A DNA stretch of 64,000 nucleotides, taken from assembly GCA_963763325.1 (NCBI GenBank), contig CAVXOL010000022.1:16737-80736 (forward strand). Reading direction: 5' to 3'. Positions 1 through 14,363 of this stretch are shown here, in pieces. The stretch's first letter is position 1. Each line of letters begins with the position of its first letter. The DNA comes from an uncultured Chloroflexia bacterium. GTDB taxonomy: Bacteria; Chloroflexota; Chloroflexia; Thermomicrobiales; CFX8. The notes beneath the pieces were generated by a model, which worked only from the letters and a program-made list of their open reading frames with translations, was not told the DNA's origin and made no database searches. Both the position numbers and the translations under genes were made by a program.

Positions 1-1581
1 ACTGCAACGCTGATGACCGACCGCTTGAGGTTTTCGCTCGACGTGAACTTGTGGACTTCCTCGTCGCTGACTGGTGCTTTCGTCAGGATCGCGTTGCCCC
101 AGAGTGCCGTCGTCGGAAGCGGCCCCGAAGTAGAAGGGCATCTCGAGCCGCTGGCTGAGCCAGAGCACCTCGTCGATGCCGCTCAGCACCAGCCAGCCAC
201 GTCCGACTTCCTGAAGGATGACGATGTCCGGGTCGTTCAGCTCGATCGTCTGGGCAGTCTGCTCCAGGTCGAAGATGTTCTCGCGCGAGAAGCCGGCCTG
301 GATGTTGTAGGTCATGACGGTGACGGCCGCCGGCAGCGGGTTGATCTCTTTCGGCTTGGACCACGTGAGCGCTTGCAGGGCGCTGACGGTGACGAGGAAG
401 ACGGCCGCGATCGTGACCCAGATCCGCAGCGACGGCGGCTGCCAGGCAGGGTTGACTGTCGCTCGTGATCCGTTCACGAAGGCCCCGGCCAGCAACAATA
501 CCCAGGCAACGACGATCAGGACCGGCGGGCCGGTGTAGGTGTAGTAGGCGAACAGCAGGACAGCGTGCAGCAGCATCCCAACTGTCAGCCAGATAGACGG
601 GCCGCCGCGCATCTTCCAACGGCCCGGTTCGCTACCGAGCAGGGCCAGCGATAACAGGACATAATTCCCAGCGATTCCAAAAATCAGGGCGATCGCGCTG
701 ATGCCCGGCTGTTGCCACGAGACCCAGACGCTGAAGATCCCGATCGCAACCAGGATGAAGACAGCGGCCGGACTCTCGACCCTCAGCGACCGGAGCCAGT
801 CTCTTGTCCCGGCGATCGACGGCGGCGCGACCGCCAGCCAGCTGATCAACAGGCCCAGCAGTGTCCCGGCTGCGAGGACGCTCGCTGCGGCCGGGAAGTC
901 TGTCTCAAGCATCGTCTGCGCCAGCCCGAGGTTGCCGGTCATCAGGTGGAAGATCGCCAGCCCAGGGCCGAGCGCGATCAGCGATATGGCCGGCTCGTTC
1001 GTGACCCGTGGCGGGTCGAGGGAGATGACCATGATCAGCGCCGCGACGAGGATGAGGGCGACGACGATCGTTGTCGCGTGTGCCTGTGCGTTCGGCATCC
1101 AGGGCAGATCGACCGTCTCGAACCAGATTCGGATTCCAACATCCAGCGCCATGCCAAGCAGGACACCGAGGGCTGACGGATCGCGCAGCGACTGGAACAT
1201 CAGCGTCAGCAGCCAGCCCCAGCAGATGATGACGATTGCGCCGAGGATGACCCGCGCTTCCGGCGATTGCCAGAATTGCAGCACCAGCCGGGCAACTGCC
1301 AGCCCGACCGCTGCAATGCTGAGCGACAGCCGCCAACCGGCAGTCTTCCGTAGCAGCCCACCGAGGCCAATCGCCAGGAAGACTCCGAGGGCAATCGCCC
1401 CAAGCTCCAGCCGCCGGCTCTGATCAACGGTGAAGATGAGGTAGGCGACGAACACGCGCGTCGCTTCAAGCATCAGGACGGTTGCGGTTGCCGCCAGCAT
1501 GACGGCGTAGCCAGTCCAGGTTCCGGGCGCCTCAGGGGCCGGTAGTGGTTCCCTGGGCCGCGCTCTGGTCCTCGTCGCCAC
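1..1581 (-). CDS. Polytopic membrane protein with C-terminal endonuclease/exonuclease/phosphatase (EEP) domain; 3' end lies outside the window; one apparent frameshift near 95-120
   Basis: My own minus-strand translation from GTG 1581 (or ATG 1500/1473) stays open to position 1, so it is absent from the ORF track. It gives about 9 hydrophobic helices (e.g. 'GAIALGVFLAIGLGGLL', 'GAIVIICWGWLLTLMF'), then EEP-like motifs 'VTVMTYNIQAGF' and 'DPDIVILQEVGRGW'. After a 1-nt frame change it reads 'LWGNAILTKAPVSDEEV'. Confidence 0.6.
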   Translation of the reverse strand, partial: MATRTRARPREPLPAPEAPGTWTGYAVMLAATATVLMLEATRVFVAYLIFTVDQSRRLELGAIALGVFLAIGLGGLLRKTAGWRLSLSIAAVGLAVARLVLQFWQSPEARVILGAIVIICWGWLLTLMFQSLRDPSALGVLLGMALDVGIRIWFETVDLPWMPNAQAHATTIVVALILVAALIMVISLDPPRVTNEPAISLIALGPGLAIFHLMTGNLGLAQTMLETDFPAAASVLAAGTLLGLLISWLAVAPPSIAGTRDWLRSLRVESPAAVFILVAIGIFSVWVSWQQPGISAIALIFGIAGNYVLLSLALLGSEPGRWKMRGGPSIWLTVGMLLHAVLLFAYYTYTGPPVLIVVAWVLLLAGAFVNGSRATVNPAWQPPSLRIWVTIAAVFLVTVSALQALTWSKPKEINPLPAAVTVMTYNIQAGFSRENIFDLEQTAQTIELNDPDIVILQEVGRGWLVLSGIDEVLWLSQRLEMPFYFGAASDDGTLGQRDPDESTSQRRGSPQVHVERKPQAVGHQRCS

Positions 1582-1770
1582 CGTTCCCCCTCAGCTCCGA
1601 CTCGATCTATCGTGTCTGGCAAGGATTGTACGGGACGCCGGTACGTCGAGATGTCGGGAATCGAGGATCGGGAACAGGAAGTTACTAACCACCGATTCCC
1701 GATCCCCGACGCCAACGCATATGCGATGCTATGCAGGAATTGAGCCTGAAATCGGGAGGGGAACCAACAG

Positions 1771-3424
<1,654 letters not shown>

Positions 3425-3477
3425 GCGCGAAGATTGACACCTGTTGCGGAGGTCCATCGAACCCTACGGGAATCTAA

Positions 3478-6278
<2,801 letters not shown>

Positions 6279-6364
6279 GACGGCGTCGAACGGGCGGCCC
6301 TGCCAGGAGGGACCACGTCGATCCACCGATTCCTAATCTCCGTTTTGTTGGACAGTGCCTACGA

Positions 6365-8759
6365 TCAGTAGCCGTGTCGCGCCGCAGGGCGTCTGTCAAG
6401 GCCGTTGGAGCCGACACCATGGCGGCAGGCTTCGCGACCTGGGGGTGGCGAGACAGGTGGCCGGGCCGGCAGGGGTGGGTAGGAACACGTCTGCGGCGAA
6501 TCGAGCGCAATCGTGATCGGCTCGCCGTGGTGGAGCAGATCGAGCGGCTCGCCGGATAGCAGTTCGTAGCGAGCGTGGTCGCTGTTAACATCGACATGCA
6601 GGCGGCGGTCGCGATACATCAGTCGGAAGGACAGGCCGGTAAGCGTCTCAGGCAGGCGCGGAGAAAATGCCAGGGTCTCGCCATAGTCGCGCAGACCGCC
6701 GAACCCGGCGACCGCAACCAGCCAGGCACCTGCCAGCGAGGCGAGGTGGAGGCCGTCGGATGTGTTGCCGGCCAGATCGTGCAGATCGACGAAGGCGGTC
6801 TCACGGAAGTATCCGTAGGCCAGATCGAGATGCCCGACTTCGGCGGCAACGATGGCCTGGATCGCGGCTGAGAGCGTCGAGTCTCGAACGGTGATCGCCT
6901 CGTAGTACTCGAAGTCGCGTGCCTTCTGCTCCGGCGTCGAAGTGGTCGCCGCAGAGATAGAGGGCGAGGACGAGGTCGGCCTGCTTGATGACCTGGCTTG
7001 AATAAAGCAGGTAGTACGGATAGTTCAGCAGCAGCGGATATTCCTCGTCGCCGGTCGCGCTGAAGTCCCAGGGCCGATAGCGCGTGAACCCTTCCGACTG
7101 GGCCGTCACGCCAATCTCATGGTCGAACGGCACGACCATCGCGCTGGCCGCCTTCAGCCAACTCGTGACCTCACGCTGATCGACGTGGACCTCAGCGGCG
7201 CGATCCGGATAGCGAGTCACGACATCAGCGGCGACGCGCAGGTTCCGCGCCGCCATCAGATTGGTGAAGACGTTATTGTCAACCAGCGCGGTGTATTCGT
7301 CCGGTCCGGTGACGCCGTCGATACGAAAGCACCCTTCCGCATCGTGGTGACCGACCGCCAGCCAGAGACGTGCCGTTTCAACCAGCAGCTCAAGACCGGG
7401 ACCGCGCTCGAACTCGGTGTCGCCGGTTGCGGCGACGTAGCGGCGGACGGCGTCGGCGATGTCGGCGTTGATGTGGAGCGAGGCCGTGCCGGCCGGCCAG
7501 TAGCCCGAGCACTCGTCGCCGCGTATCGTCCGCCACGGAAAGGTTGCCCCGGCCAGGCGCAGTTCGCGCGCCCGTGCACGAGCCAGGTCGAGCGTCGAGT
7601 GTCGCCAGCAGAGCGCATCGCGGGCCGCTTTGGGAGCGGTGTAGGTCAACACCGGCAATGTGTAGGTTTCGGTGTCCCAGAACGAATGACCGTCGTAGCC
7701 GCGGCCGGTGAGCCCCTTGGCGGGAATCGCGCGTTGCTCCGCCCGTGCGCCTGCCTGAATGACCTGGAAGAGCGCGTATCGCACGGCTTGCTGGAGCTCA
7801 TCATCGCCGCCGACAACGACATCGGCACGGTCCCAGATGTCATCGAGGTACTCACGTTGCCCGGAGAGGAGCCCGTCCCATCCGACGCGTTTCGCTGCTG
7901 AAAGCGCAGCATCGACCTGATCGCGCAGGGCCGGCATCGAACGCTCGCTCGACCAGCCGTAGGCCAGCAGCTTGATGACCGTCAGCTTCTGACCCGGCGC
8001 CAGTTCGGTGCTGATCGTGACACGCGCCAGGTCCTGCTCACTCTCCGACTCGGTGACCGTCCCCGCCGGTCCGTCGATCAGGTGGTCGATTCCGGCAGCC
8101 ATCCGGAGCCCACTGCTGCGGGTGTGGTGGCCGAGTGCCGCGCTGAGCTCGTTGTGAGTGTGATACTCGCTCACCAGTGGAGCACGGAGCGCGGCGGCGG
8201 CGCGTGGATCACCCTCGTTCTCCGGTAGCGGTTCGTTGGTGACCAGCGACGACTGGAGAACGATTCGGGCGGGCTCGTCGACCGCCTCGACCTCGTAGTA
8301 GATGGCTGCCACCGCGCGCTGGACGAACGAGACCAGCCGCGTCGAGCGAATGCGGACCGCCTTCCCGGCCGGCGATACCCATTCCACCTCGCGCCGCAGG
8401 ACGCCATCGCGCAGGTCGAGCACGCGCTCGTGGCGCACGAGCGTCCCATAGCGCACGTCGAACGGTTCGTCGTCGACCAGCAGCCGCATGAGCTTGCCGT
8501 TGGTCACGTCGATCAGCGACTGCCCCTCTTCGGGGTAGCCGTAGCCGCCCTCCGCGTATGGCAGCGGTAGCGTTTCGAAGAACCCGTTCAGGTACGATCC
8601 GGGAGTGTCGTGTGGCTCGCCTTCGTCGAGGTTGCCACGCAGCCCGATGTGTCCATTGGAGAGCGCGAAGATCGACTCTGTCTCGGCCAGCAAATCAAGT
8701 CGCAGGTTGGGTTCGGTGACGGACCACGGCTCGACCTTGAACACGCCTGGATCGATCAT
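6365..8759 (-). pseudogene. Glycoside hydrolase family 65 disaccharide phosphorylase (kojibiose/trehalose/maltose phosphorylase type); single 1-nt frameshift near 6937
   Basis: The 652-aa ORF 6801..8759 has the GH65 architecture. After 'LYLCGDHF' the natural continuation 'TPEQKARDFEYYEAITVRDSTLSAAIQAI...' lies in another frame, which runs on into ORF 6365..6619 ('MYRDRRLHVDVNSDHARYEL'). The start overlaps the pgmB stop by 4 nt. Confidence 0.8.
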
Positions 8760-9523
8760 CGCTCCTCCAGCAGCTCGCTCAGATCGGTGACAACGATGTC
8801 GGCGCCGTTGCGCCGCAGCGCTTCCGCGTGTCCGACGCGGTCAACTCCGACAACCCAGCCGAATGAACCAGCACGCCCGGCCGCGACACCGGCGACGGCG
8901 TCTTCGAAGACCGCACAGCCTGCCGGCTCGACGCCAAGGCTGGCGGCGGCAGCCAGAAACGTGTCGGGCTCGGGTTTGCCCGGCAGACCCGCCTCGCTGG
9001 CGACGATGCCATCGATGCGGACTTCGAACAGATGCTCGATCCCGGCTGCGATCAGCACCTCGCGACAATTCCGGCTGGCCGAGACGACCGCCGTCCGCAT
9101 CCCGACCGCGCGGACAGCCTCGACGAACCGCACCGAGCCCTCGTAGACCTCGACGCCATTGCGCCGGATGATCTCGTGGACGAGGTTGTTCTTACGCGTC
9201 CCGAGGCCGTGGACGGTCTCTGCCGTCGGTGGATCGTCGAGCGAGCCTTCCGGCAGAACGACCCCACGCGATGCCAGGAACGACCGGACGCCATCCTGCC
9301 GGAGCTTACCGTCGACATAGAGGGTGTAATCGGTCGCGATCTCGAAGGGGACGAACGGCTCAACGGTTTCCGTTGAGCGTTCGAGCAGGTACGTGTCGAA
9401 CATCTCTTTCCAGGCGGCAGCATGAACCTTCGCCGTCTGGGTCAGGACACCGTCGAGGTCGAACAGGCAGGCGCTGATGCCATCAGGCAACACTGGAACG
9501 TACCGCGTGTTCGTCGCTGTCAC
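8756..9523 (-). CDS. pgmB: beta-phosphoglucomutase (HAD superfamily)
   Basis: HAD motif I 'CLFDLDGVLTQTAKVHAAAWKEMF', 255 aa. It sits immediately upstream of, and is translationally coupled to, the GH65 phosphorylase, which is the classic pairing. Confidence 0.85.
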   Translation of the reverse strand: MTATNTRYVPVLPDGISACLFDLDGVLTQTAKVHAAAWKEMFDTYLLERSTETVEPFVPFEIATDYTLYVDGKLRQDGVRSFLASRGVVLPEGSLDDPPTAETVHGLGTRKNNLVHEIIRRNGVEVYEGSVRFVEAVRAVGMRTAVVSASRNCREVLIAAGIEHLFEVRIDGIVASEAGLPGKPEPDTFLAAAASLGVEPAGCAVFEDAVAGVAAGRAGSFGWVVGVDRVGHAEALRRNGADIVVTDLSELLEER

Positions 9524-9626
9524 TGCCAGGAACCCGCTTCCGTCATCAGACCCCGTCCAGGTGGTGGATGGGTCTACTGACTTCGCATTCTAACAACCTT
9601 CCCGGCGATGAGGACGGGGATAGCGG

Positions 9627-10292
9627 CTATGCCTGCGATGGCACCATTCTGCGGCGGACCCAGCTCAGGCTGCGGCGCAGGTTGGCAATCAGCCGTGGCA
9701 GATCGACGCGGAAGAGCAGGAAGACGCCAGCGACGCTGGCGACCTGGGTCGCGATCAGGATCGGCCCGCCGACCGGCGAGGTGATCACCTCGCTTAGCGA
9801 CGATGCCGCCTGGCTGGTTGCGGTCAGTGCAACGCCATAGATGGCTGCGCGGGCAAATCCGTAGACAATCGCGCCCGGCGCCAGCGGGATGCGCGCCATC
9901 CCGGCCGCCATGAAGAGCAGCGACTTCGGGACCGGGCCAACCGCGAACAAGCCCAGTAGCGGGATGCTCAGCCGCTTCTCGTCCCTGATCCTCGTTATCG
10001 CTCGTTCGACATCGGCCTGTCGTCGCGCCGGAATCAGCCGCGTGCCAAACCTCCGGCTCGCGAGAGCGAGTAACACACGCCCAACCGTCGCCCCGAAAGC
10101 GCCGATGATGGTGGCTGGAAGAATCGCCACATCCTGCTGGACGTGGAAGTAGGCGAGCATCGCCCACGTCGGCGGCGCCAGGATCGGCGTGATGTTGAAG
10201 AGGATCGACAGGAGTCCGACGAGGAGCAGGTTCCAGACGTGATCGAGCATGTGCGGTTCGTGCCTCCATACTGTGTGGAAGCAGACGGCCAC
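9627..10292 (-). CDS. DedA/VTT (SNARE-associated) family membrane protein
   Basis: 221-aa multi-TM ORF with a DedA-like core ('ILAPPTWAMLAYF', 'GAFGATVGRVLLALASRRFG'). The true start may be the internal 'MLDHVWN' near 10250. Confidence 0.7.
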   Translation of the reverse strand: MAVCFHTVWRHEPHMLDHVWNLLLVGLLSILFNITPILAPPTWAMLAYFHVQQDVAILPATIIGAFGATVGRVLLALASRRFGTRLIPARRQADVERAITRIRDEKRLSIPLLGLFAVGPVPKSLLFMAAGMARIPLAPGAIVYGFARAAIYGVALTATSQAASSLSEVITSPVGGPILIATQVASVAGVFLLFRVDLPRLIANLRRSLSWVRRRMVPSQA

Positions 10293-10401
10293 GCTTCCCG
10301 TGGCCTTCTCTCATCACACGCTCTAATAGTAATCGCATTCTTGCGGTTCCGTTACACCGCATCTGTCCGACCGCTCAATCTGCGTCACCTGCTGACACAA
10401 C

Positions 10402-11721
10402 TCATGGCTGGACGCGTAGCCGCACCGAGAGGAAATCGAACAGGACCCGAATGACCGCCAGGAGAGGGACCGCAAAGACCGCGCCGCGCAAGCCGTCGAT
10501 CTCGCTGAGCGCGATGACTGTCAGCAGGACGAGGATTGGATGGACGCGAACAGCCTGCCCCTGGATGCGTGGCGTCAGCACATTGCTCTCCAACTGCTGG
10601 ATGACGATGTAGACCACGATTGTCAGGATCCCGATCGTCGGCGACTGGTAGAAGCCGAGCAGGACGGCGGGGATCGCGCCGAGATAGGCGCCCAGGTACG
10701 GGATGATCGCCGTCATGGCGACCCAGAGGCCAAGCAGCACCGGGTAGGGGATGCCCAGCGCCCAGACGGCGAGGCCGGAGAGGATACCCTGTAACAAGCA
10801 TGACATCGCAAGCCCGCCCAGATAGCGCGACAACGACGATCCAAAGTCCTCCCACAACACCTGCGCGTCGCGACGGTACTTCGCTGGAGCAGCGCGGATG
10901 AACGTCGCCTTCATCCGTCGTGCGTCGAGGAGGAGATAGACCGCGACGAACACGATCCCGAACACCTTGACGAGAATGTCGAAGATGCCGGTGACGGCTC
11001 CCAGGAGATCATCGAGGAAACCCTCGGCTACCTGACTGGCGCGCTCGATCGCGCCCGTCCGAAGATCGTCGATGACGGCGTCCGAATCGTCCGAGACCAT
11101 CCCTCGTTCCTGCAACGGTCTGAGAGTGTCGCGCAGGAGCCGATCCCCCTCGTCGGCCAGGTCCGGGATCGCTTCGATCAGGCTGCTGATCTGGTTGATG
11201 AGCACCGGGATCGCGACAAAGATCGCGACGGCGAGGATGATGAAGGTGCTCAGCAGTGTCAGGACAATTGCGACGCCACGCCGCATGAAGCGGGACAGCA
11301 GCCGAACCGGGAACGACAGGATCAGCGCCAGCAGCGCACCGCCGAGGCTGATCGTCAGGATGACCGGCGCTGCCCGGATCAGCAGAATCAGCCCGATGAC
11401 GGCAGCCAGAATCAGCAGGTTTCGAGTCCGGGGCGAGATTGGTATCGGAGTCGGCGCGCCCCGCAGGACCATCTCCGGAGTGACTGGGAATTGGCCTGCG
11501 TCGTCGCCATCGACAGTCCGCTTGTCGTTACTGTTGCTATTACCGTCGTACATCGCGTCGCCTTGTCCTGCCACCTGGCGAGTATCCGTATCGAGACGCT
11601 CATCGATGGCGCTGAGCGGTGGTCCAGTATAGATTTGATTCGCCGTGATGGAGATGGTGGTTTCGACGGATCGGGCCAACGACCGGGGGATGTGCTGAAG
11701 ACGAGACGAAGGTGACGACAT
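10402..11721 (-). CDS. AI-2E family transporter (PerM/UPF0118)
   Basis: C-terminal half is typical of the family: 'AIIPYLGAYLGAIPAVLLGF', 'VVYIVIQQLESNVLTPRIQGQAVRVHPILVLL'. The start is possibly the internal Met at about 11553, because 11721 overlaps the divergent neighbour. Confidence 0.85.
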   Translation of the reverse strand: MSSPSSRLQHIPRSLARSVETTISITANQIYTGPPLSAIDERLDTDTRQVAGQGDAMYDGNSNSNDKRTVDGDDAGQFPVTPEMVLRGAPTPIPISPRTRNLLILAAVIGLILLIRAAPVILTISLGGALLALILSFPVRLLSRFMRRGVAIVLTLLSTFIILAVAIFVAIPVLINQISSLIEAIPDLADEGDRLLRDTLRPLQERGMVSDDSDAVIDDLRTGAIERASQVAEGFLDDLLGAVTGIFDILVKVFGIVFVAVYLLLDARRMKATFIRAAPAKYRRDAQVLWEDFGSSLSRYLGGLAMSCLLQGILSGLAVWALGIPYPVLLGLWVAMTAIIPYLGAYLGAIPAVLLGFYQSPTIGILTIVVYIVIQQLESNVLTPRIQGQAVRVHPILVLLTVIALSEIDGLRGAVFAVPLLAVIRVLFDFLSVRLRVQP

Positions 11722-12317
11722 TCCTGCTGGTGCTCGATCTGGCCGGGACGTTCGTGTTCGCGATCAGCGGTGGGATGGCCGGTGTCCGGTACAAGCTCGA
11801 CCTCTTCGGCGTCCTCGTCGTGTCGATCGTGGCGGCAACGGCCGGCGGCATCCTTCGGGATGTGCTGATCGGCGCCGTCCCACCGGCCGCGATCAACGAC
11901 TGGCGCTACATCGTCGTGTCGTGTATCGCTGGGTTGATGGCGTTCCAGTGGCACGCGCTGATCGACAAGCTGCAGAATCCCGTCTCGGTGTTCGACGGCG
12001 CGGGGCTGGCGCTCTTCGCCGTCACCGGCACGTCAAAGGCCCTGGCCTATGACCTCGATCCGGTCGGCGCGATCCTGCTCGGCATCCTGTCGGGAACTGG
12101 AGGGGGCGCGTTACGCGACGTGCTGGTCGCACGGCCACCGACGGTGTTGCGCTCCGAGCTGTATGCCGTGACCGCGATGGCTGCCGCAATCGTCGTCGTT
12201 GGCGGCGATCTCCTGGACCTTCCACCCAGACCGGTCGCTCTGGCTGGAGCCGCGCTCTGCTTCGGGCTGCGCCTCGCGGCGATCCGGCGCGGATGGGGGC
12301 TGCCGTCTGCCAGGTAA
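11712..12317 (+). CDS. TRIC/UPF0126 (YadS/YicG-like) trimeric cation channel family membrane protein
   Basis: Two UPF0126 repeats: 'LDLAGTFVFAISGGMAG...GGILRDVLIG' and 'DGAGLALFAVTGTSKA...GGGALRDVLV'. Confidence 0.8.
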   Translation: MTTFLLVLDLAGTFVFAISGGMAGVRYKLDLFGVLVVSIVAATAGGILRDVLIGAVPPAAINDWRYIVVSCIAGLMAFQWHALIDKLQNPVSVFDGAGLALFAVTGTSKALAYDLDPVGAILLGILSGTGGGALRDVLVARPPTVLRSELYAVTAMAAAIVVVGGDLLDLPPRPVALAGAALCFGLRLAAIRRGWGLPSAR

Positions 12318-12451
12318 GAGACGGGGGACGGGGCACGGGGCACGAGGGTGAGGATGGCCCCTACACGGGGATCGTCCCGCGTCCTGCGACCCCTCATTCT
12401 CCATGCCTCATCCATGGGAGCTGTTGCAAACGAGGTTTCATTATGCTGTCG

Positions 12452-14209
12452 TCAGGCCGTCTCCGCTTCGTTTGGCGGCAGCCACGCTCTGAGCAGGAAG
12501 TACCCAATCCCACCGGCTGCAAGCGATCCAACCAGAATGCCGATCCGGGCAGAGTCCGCGAGCGGATCGTCACCGAAGGCCAGCTCTGAGATGAAGAGTG
12601 ACATTGTGAAGCCGATGCCGCCGAGCCAGGCGACGCCGAAGACGTGCTTCCACTCGACTGCTGTGTGCAGGACGGCGATCCCACTTCGAACGGCCAGCCA
12701 CGCGAACAGCGTAATGCCGATCGGCTTGCCAATCATCAGCCCGGCAATCACGCCCCAGGTGACGGTGCTGCCGATCGCATCACCAAAGCCATCGACGAGG
12801 GGGATGCCTGCATTTGCGAACGCAAAGAGCGGGACGACCCCGTAGGAGACGGATGGATGGAGCCGGTGGAGGAAGTGTGTCAGTGGTGCTTCCACCTGCT
12901 CCGTGAGGCGCGCCAGTGACTGGGTCGCTTGCTGCTGTTTCTCATTGGAGAGCATGTTCAGTGTCGAGTAGGACGCCTGCTCGAAGTCACCCATGATCCG
13001 GCGGCCACGGGCCAGAAACTCGCTTGGGTTGATCCATGCTCGGGTTGGCACGGTCATCGCAACCAGGACGCCCGCCAGCGTCCCGTGAATGCCCGACTCG
13101 AAGACGGCCAGCCAGAGGCCAACACCGAGGACGGCGTAGACCGGCCAGCGGTAGATTCCGGCGCGGTTGACGACGATCAGGACCAGGAGCAGAAGTCCTG
13201 CTGCTCCGACCGCGTCCCACGCGATCTCGTCGGTATAGAAGACGGCGATGACGCCGACGGCCAGGATGTCGTCGATGATCGCGAAGGCGGTCAGGAAGAC
13301 GAGCAGCTGTGGGCGAACGCGACCGCCAAACAGGCTGATGATCCCCAGCGAGAAGGCGGTGTCGGTCCCGATTGGGATGCCCCAGCCGTGCGCTCCCTCT
13401 CCTCCCAGCACGAGCAGCGAGAAGATCAGCGCCGGGCCGATCGCGCCGCCTACCGCTGCCGCGATCGGCAGGGCTGCCTGGCGCGGGTAGCGTAGCTCGC
13501 CAACCAGCACCTCGCGCTTGATCTCCAATCCGACGATGAAGAAGAAGAGCGCCATCAGCCCGTCATTGACCCAGTGCCGCAACGTCTCGGTGATCGCGAA
13601 GCGTTCGACACCGATCGTCAATTCCGTGTTCCAGAAGTTCGCATACGTGTCCGATAGCGGCGAGTTGGCAAACACGAGCGCCAGGCCGGTGCCGATCAGG
13701 AGCAGTCCGATACTTGAGACGTTGGATTGGACGTACTGATTGAGTGGTGTGCGGGCCAGTGCGAGTGGACTGGCCTGGGCGGTTCCGGTGATGTTGCTCA
13801 ACAGCGGCGGCGCCTCAGCGAACTCCTCACCGCGCTCGTACCAGAGTTGTCGTTCCTCCGACTCGGTCCAGCGTCTGAGATTGGCTTCGCTGTCGAATCT
13901 CAGCAGAATCCGATACCGATTGTCTCCACGCGAGGGGCGGAACAAACGAGCGCCGATGTAACCTGGAAATTTCGATGACGCTTCGTTGAACCCCCGCAGG
14001 TAGTCCTCGAAGTCCTGCTCGCGTCCCGGACGAACCGGGATGAAGATGCTGAGTGTGATCTCGGAATCGTCTGCACCGGTGCTGTCGAGTGATCGTCGTT
14101 CCTGCGTCGACTCCGCCGCACGTGCCGGCAGCAGTTCTTCGCCAGCGTCGCTAACCGAACGGACTGGCGGGCTGCCCAGCTCGTGCTCGTCGCCTCTACT
14201 CATTGCCAA
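12452..14209 (-). CDS. nhaA: Na+/H+ antiporter NhaA with N-terminal ABM/ferredoxin-like domain
   Basis: NhaA core: 'LALVFANSPL', 'HWVNDGLMALFFFIVGLEIKREVLVGEL', 'VPLFAFANAGIPL'. It is preceded by about 100 aa that are ABM-like: 'ITLSIFIPVRPGREQDFEDYLRGF...YRILLRFDSEANLRRWTESEER'. Confidence 0.85.
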   Translation of the reverse strand: MAMSRGDEHELGSPPVRSVSDAGEELLPARAAESTQERRSLDSTGADDSEITLSIFIPVRPGREQDFEDYLRGFNEASSKFPGYIGARLFRPSRGDNRYRILLRFDSEANLRRWTESEERQLWYERGEEFAEAPPLLSNITGTAQASPLALARTPLNQYVQSNVSSIGLLLIGTGLALVFANSPLSDTYANFWNTELTIGVERFAITETLRHWVNDGLMALFFFIVGLEIKREVLVGELRYPRQAALPIAAAVGGAIGPALIFSLLVLGGEGAHGWGIPIGTDTAFSLGIISLFGGRVRPQLLVFLTAFAIIDDILAVGVIAVFYTDEIAWDAVGAAGLLLLVLIVVNRAGIYRWPVYAVLGVGLWLAVFESGIHGTLAGVLVAMTVPTRAWINPSEFLARGRRIMGDFEQASYSTLNMLSNEKQQQATQSLARLTEQVEAPLTHFLHRLHPSVSYGVVPLFAFANAGIPLVDGFGDAIGSTVTWGVIAGLMIGKPIGITLFAWLAVRSGIAVLHTAVEWKHVFGVAWLGGIGFTMSLFISELAFGDDPLADSARIGILVGSLAAGGIGYFLLRAWLPPNEAETA

Positions 14210-14363
14210 CCGCTTCCTGTCGTTGCTCGCGGACGCTCTCAGACCGTCGCACGGCTAGCGCGTTGATCAGATTCCCCTTGAGCCTGCTTCCTCATTTCCG
14301 GATATCTCGCCGGCACGGCTGTGGCACAACGTATTGCGAACGTGCTGGGGCTGACGTGATCAA

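Noticed and set aside
11418-11433. tRNA T-arm-like string 'ggtttcgagtccgggg'
   Set aside because: It lies inside the AI-2E transporter CDS. No acceptor or anticodon arms can be drawn around it.
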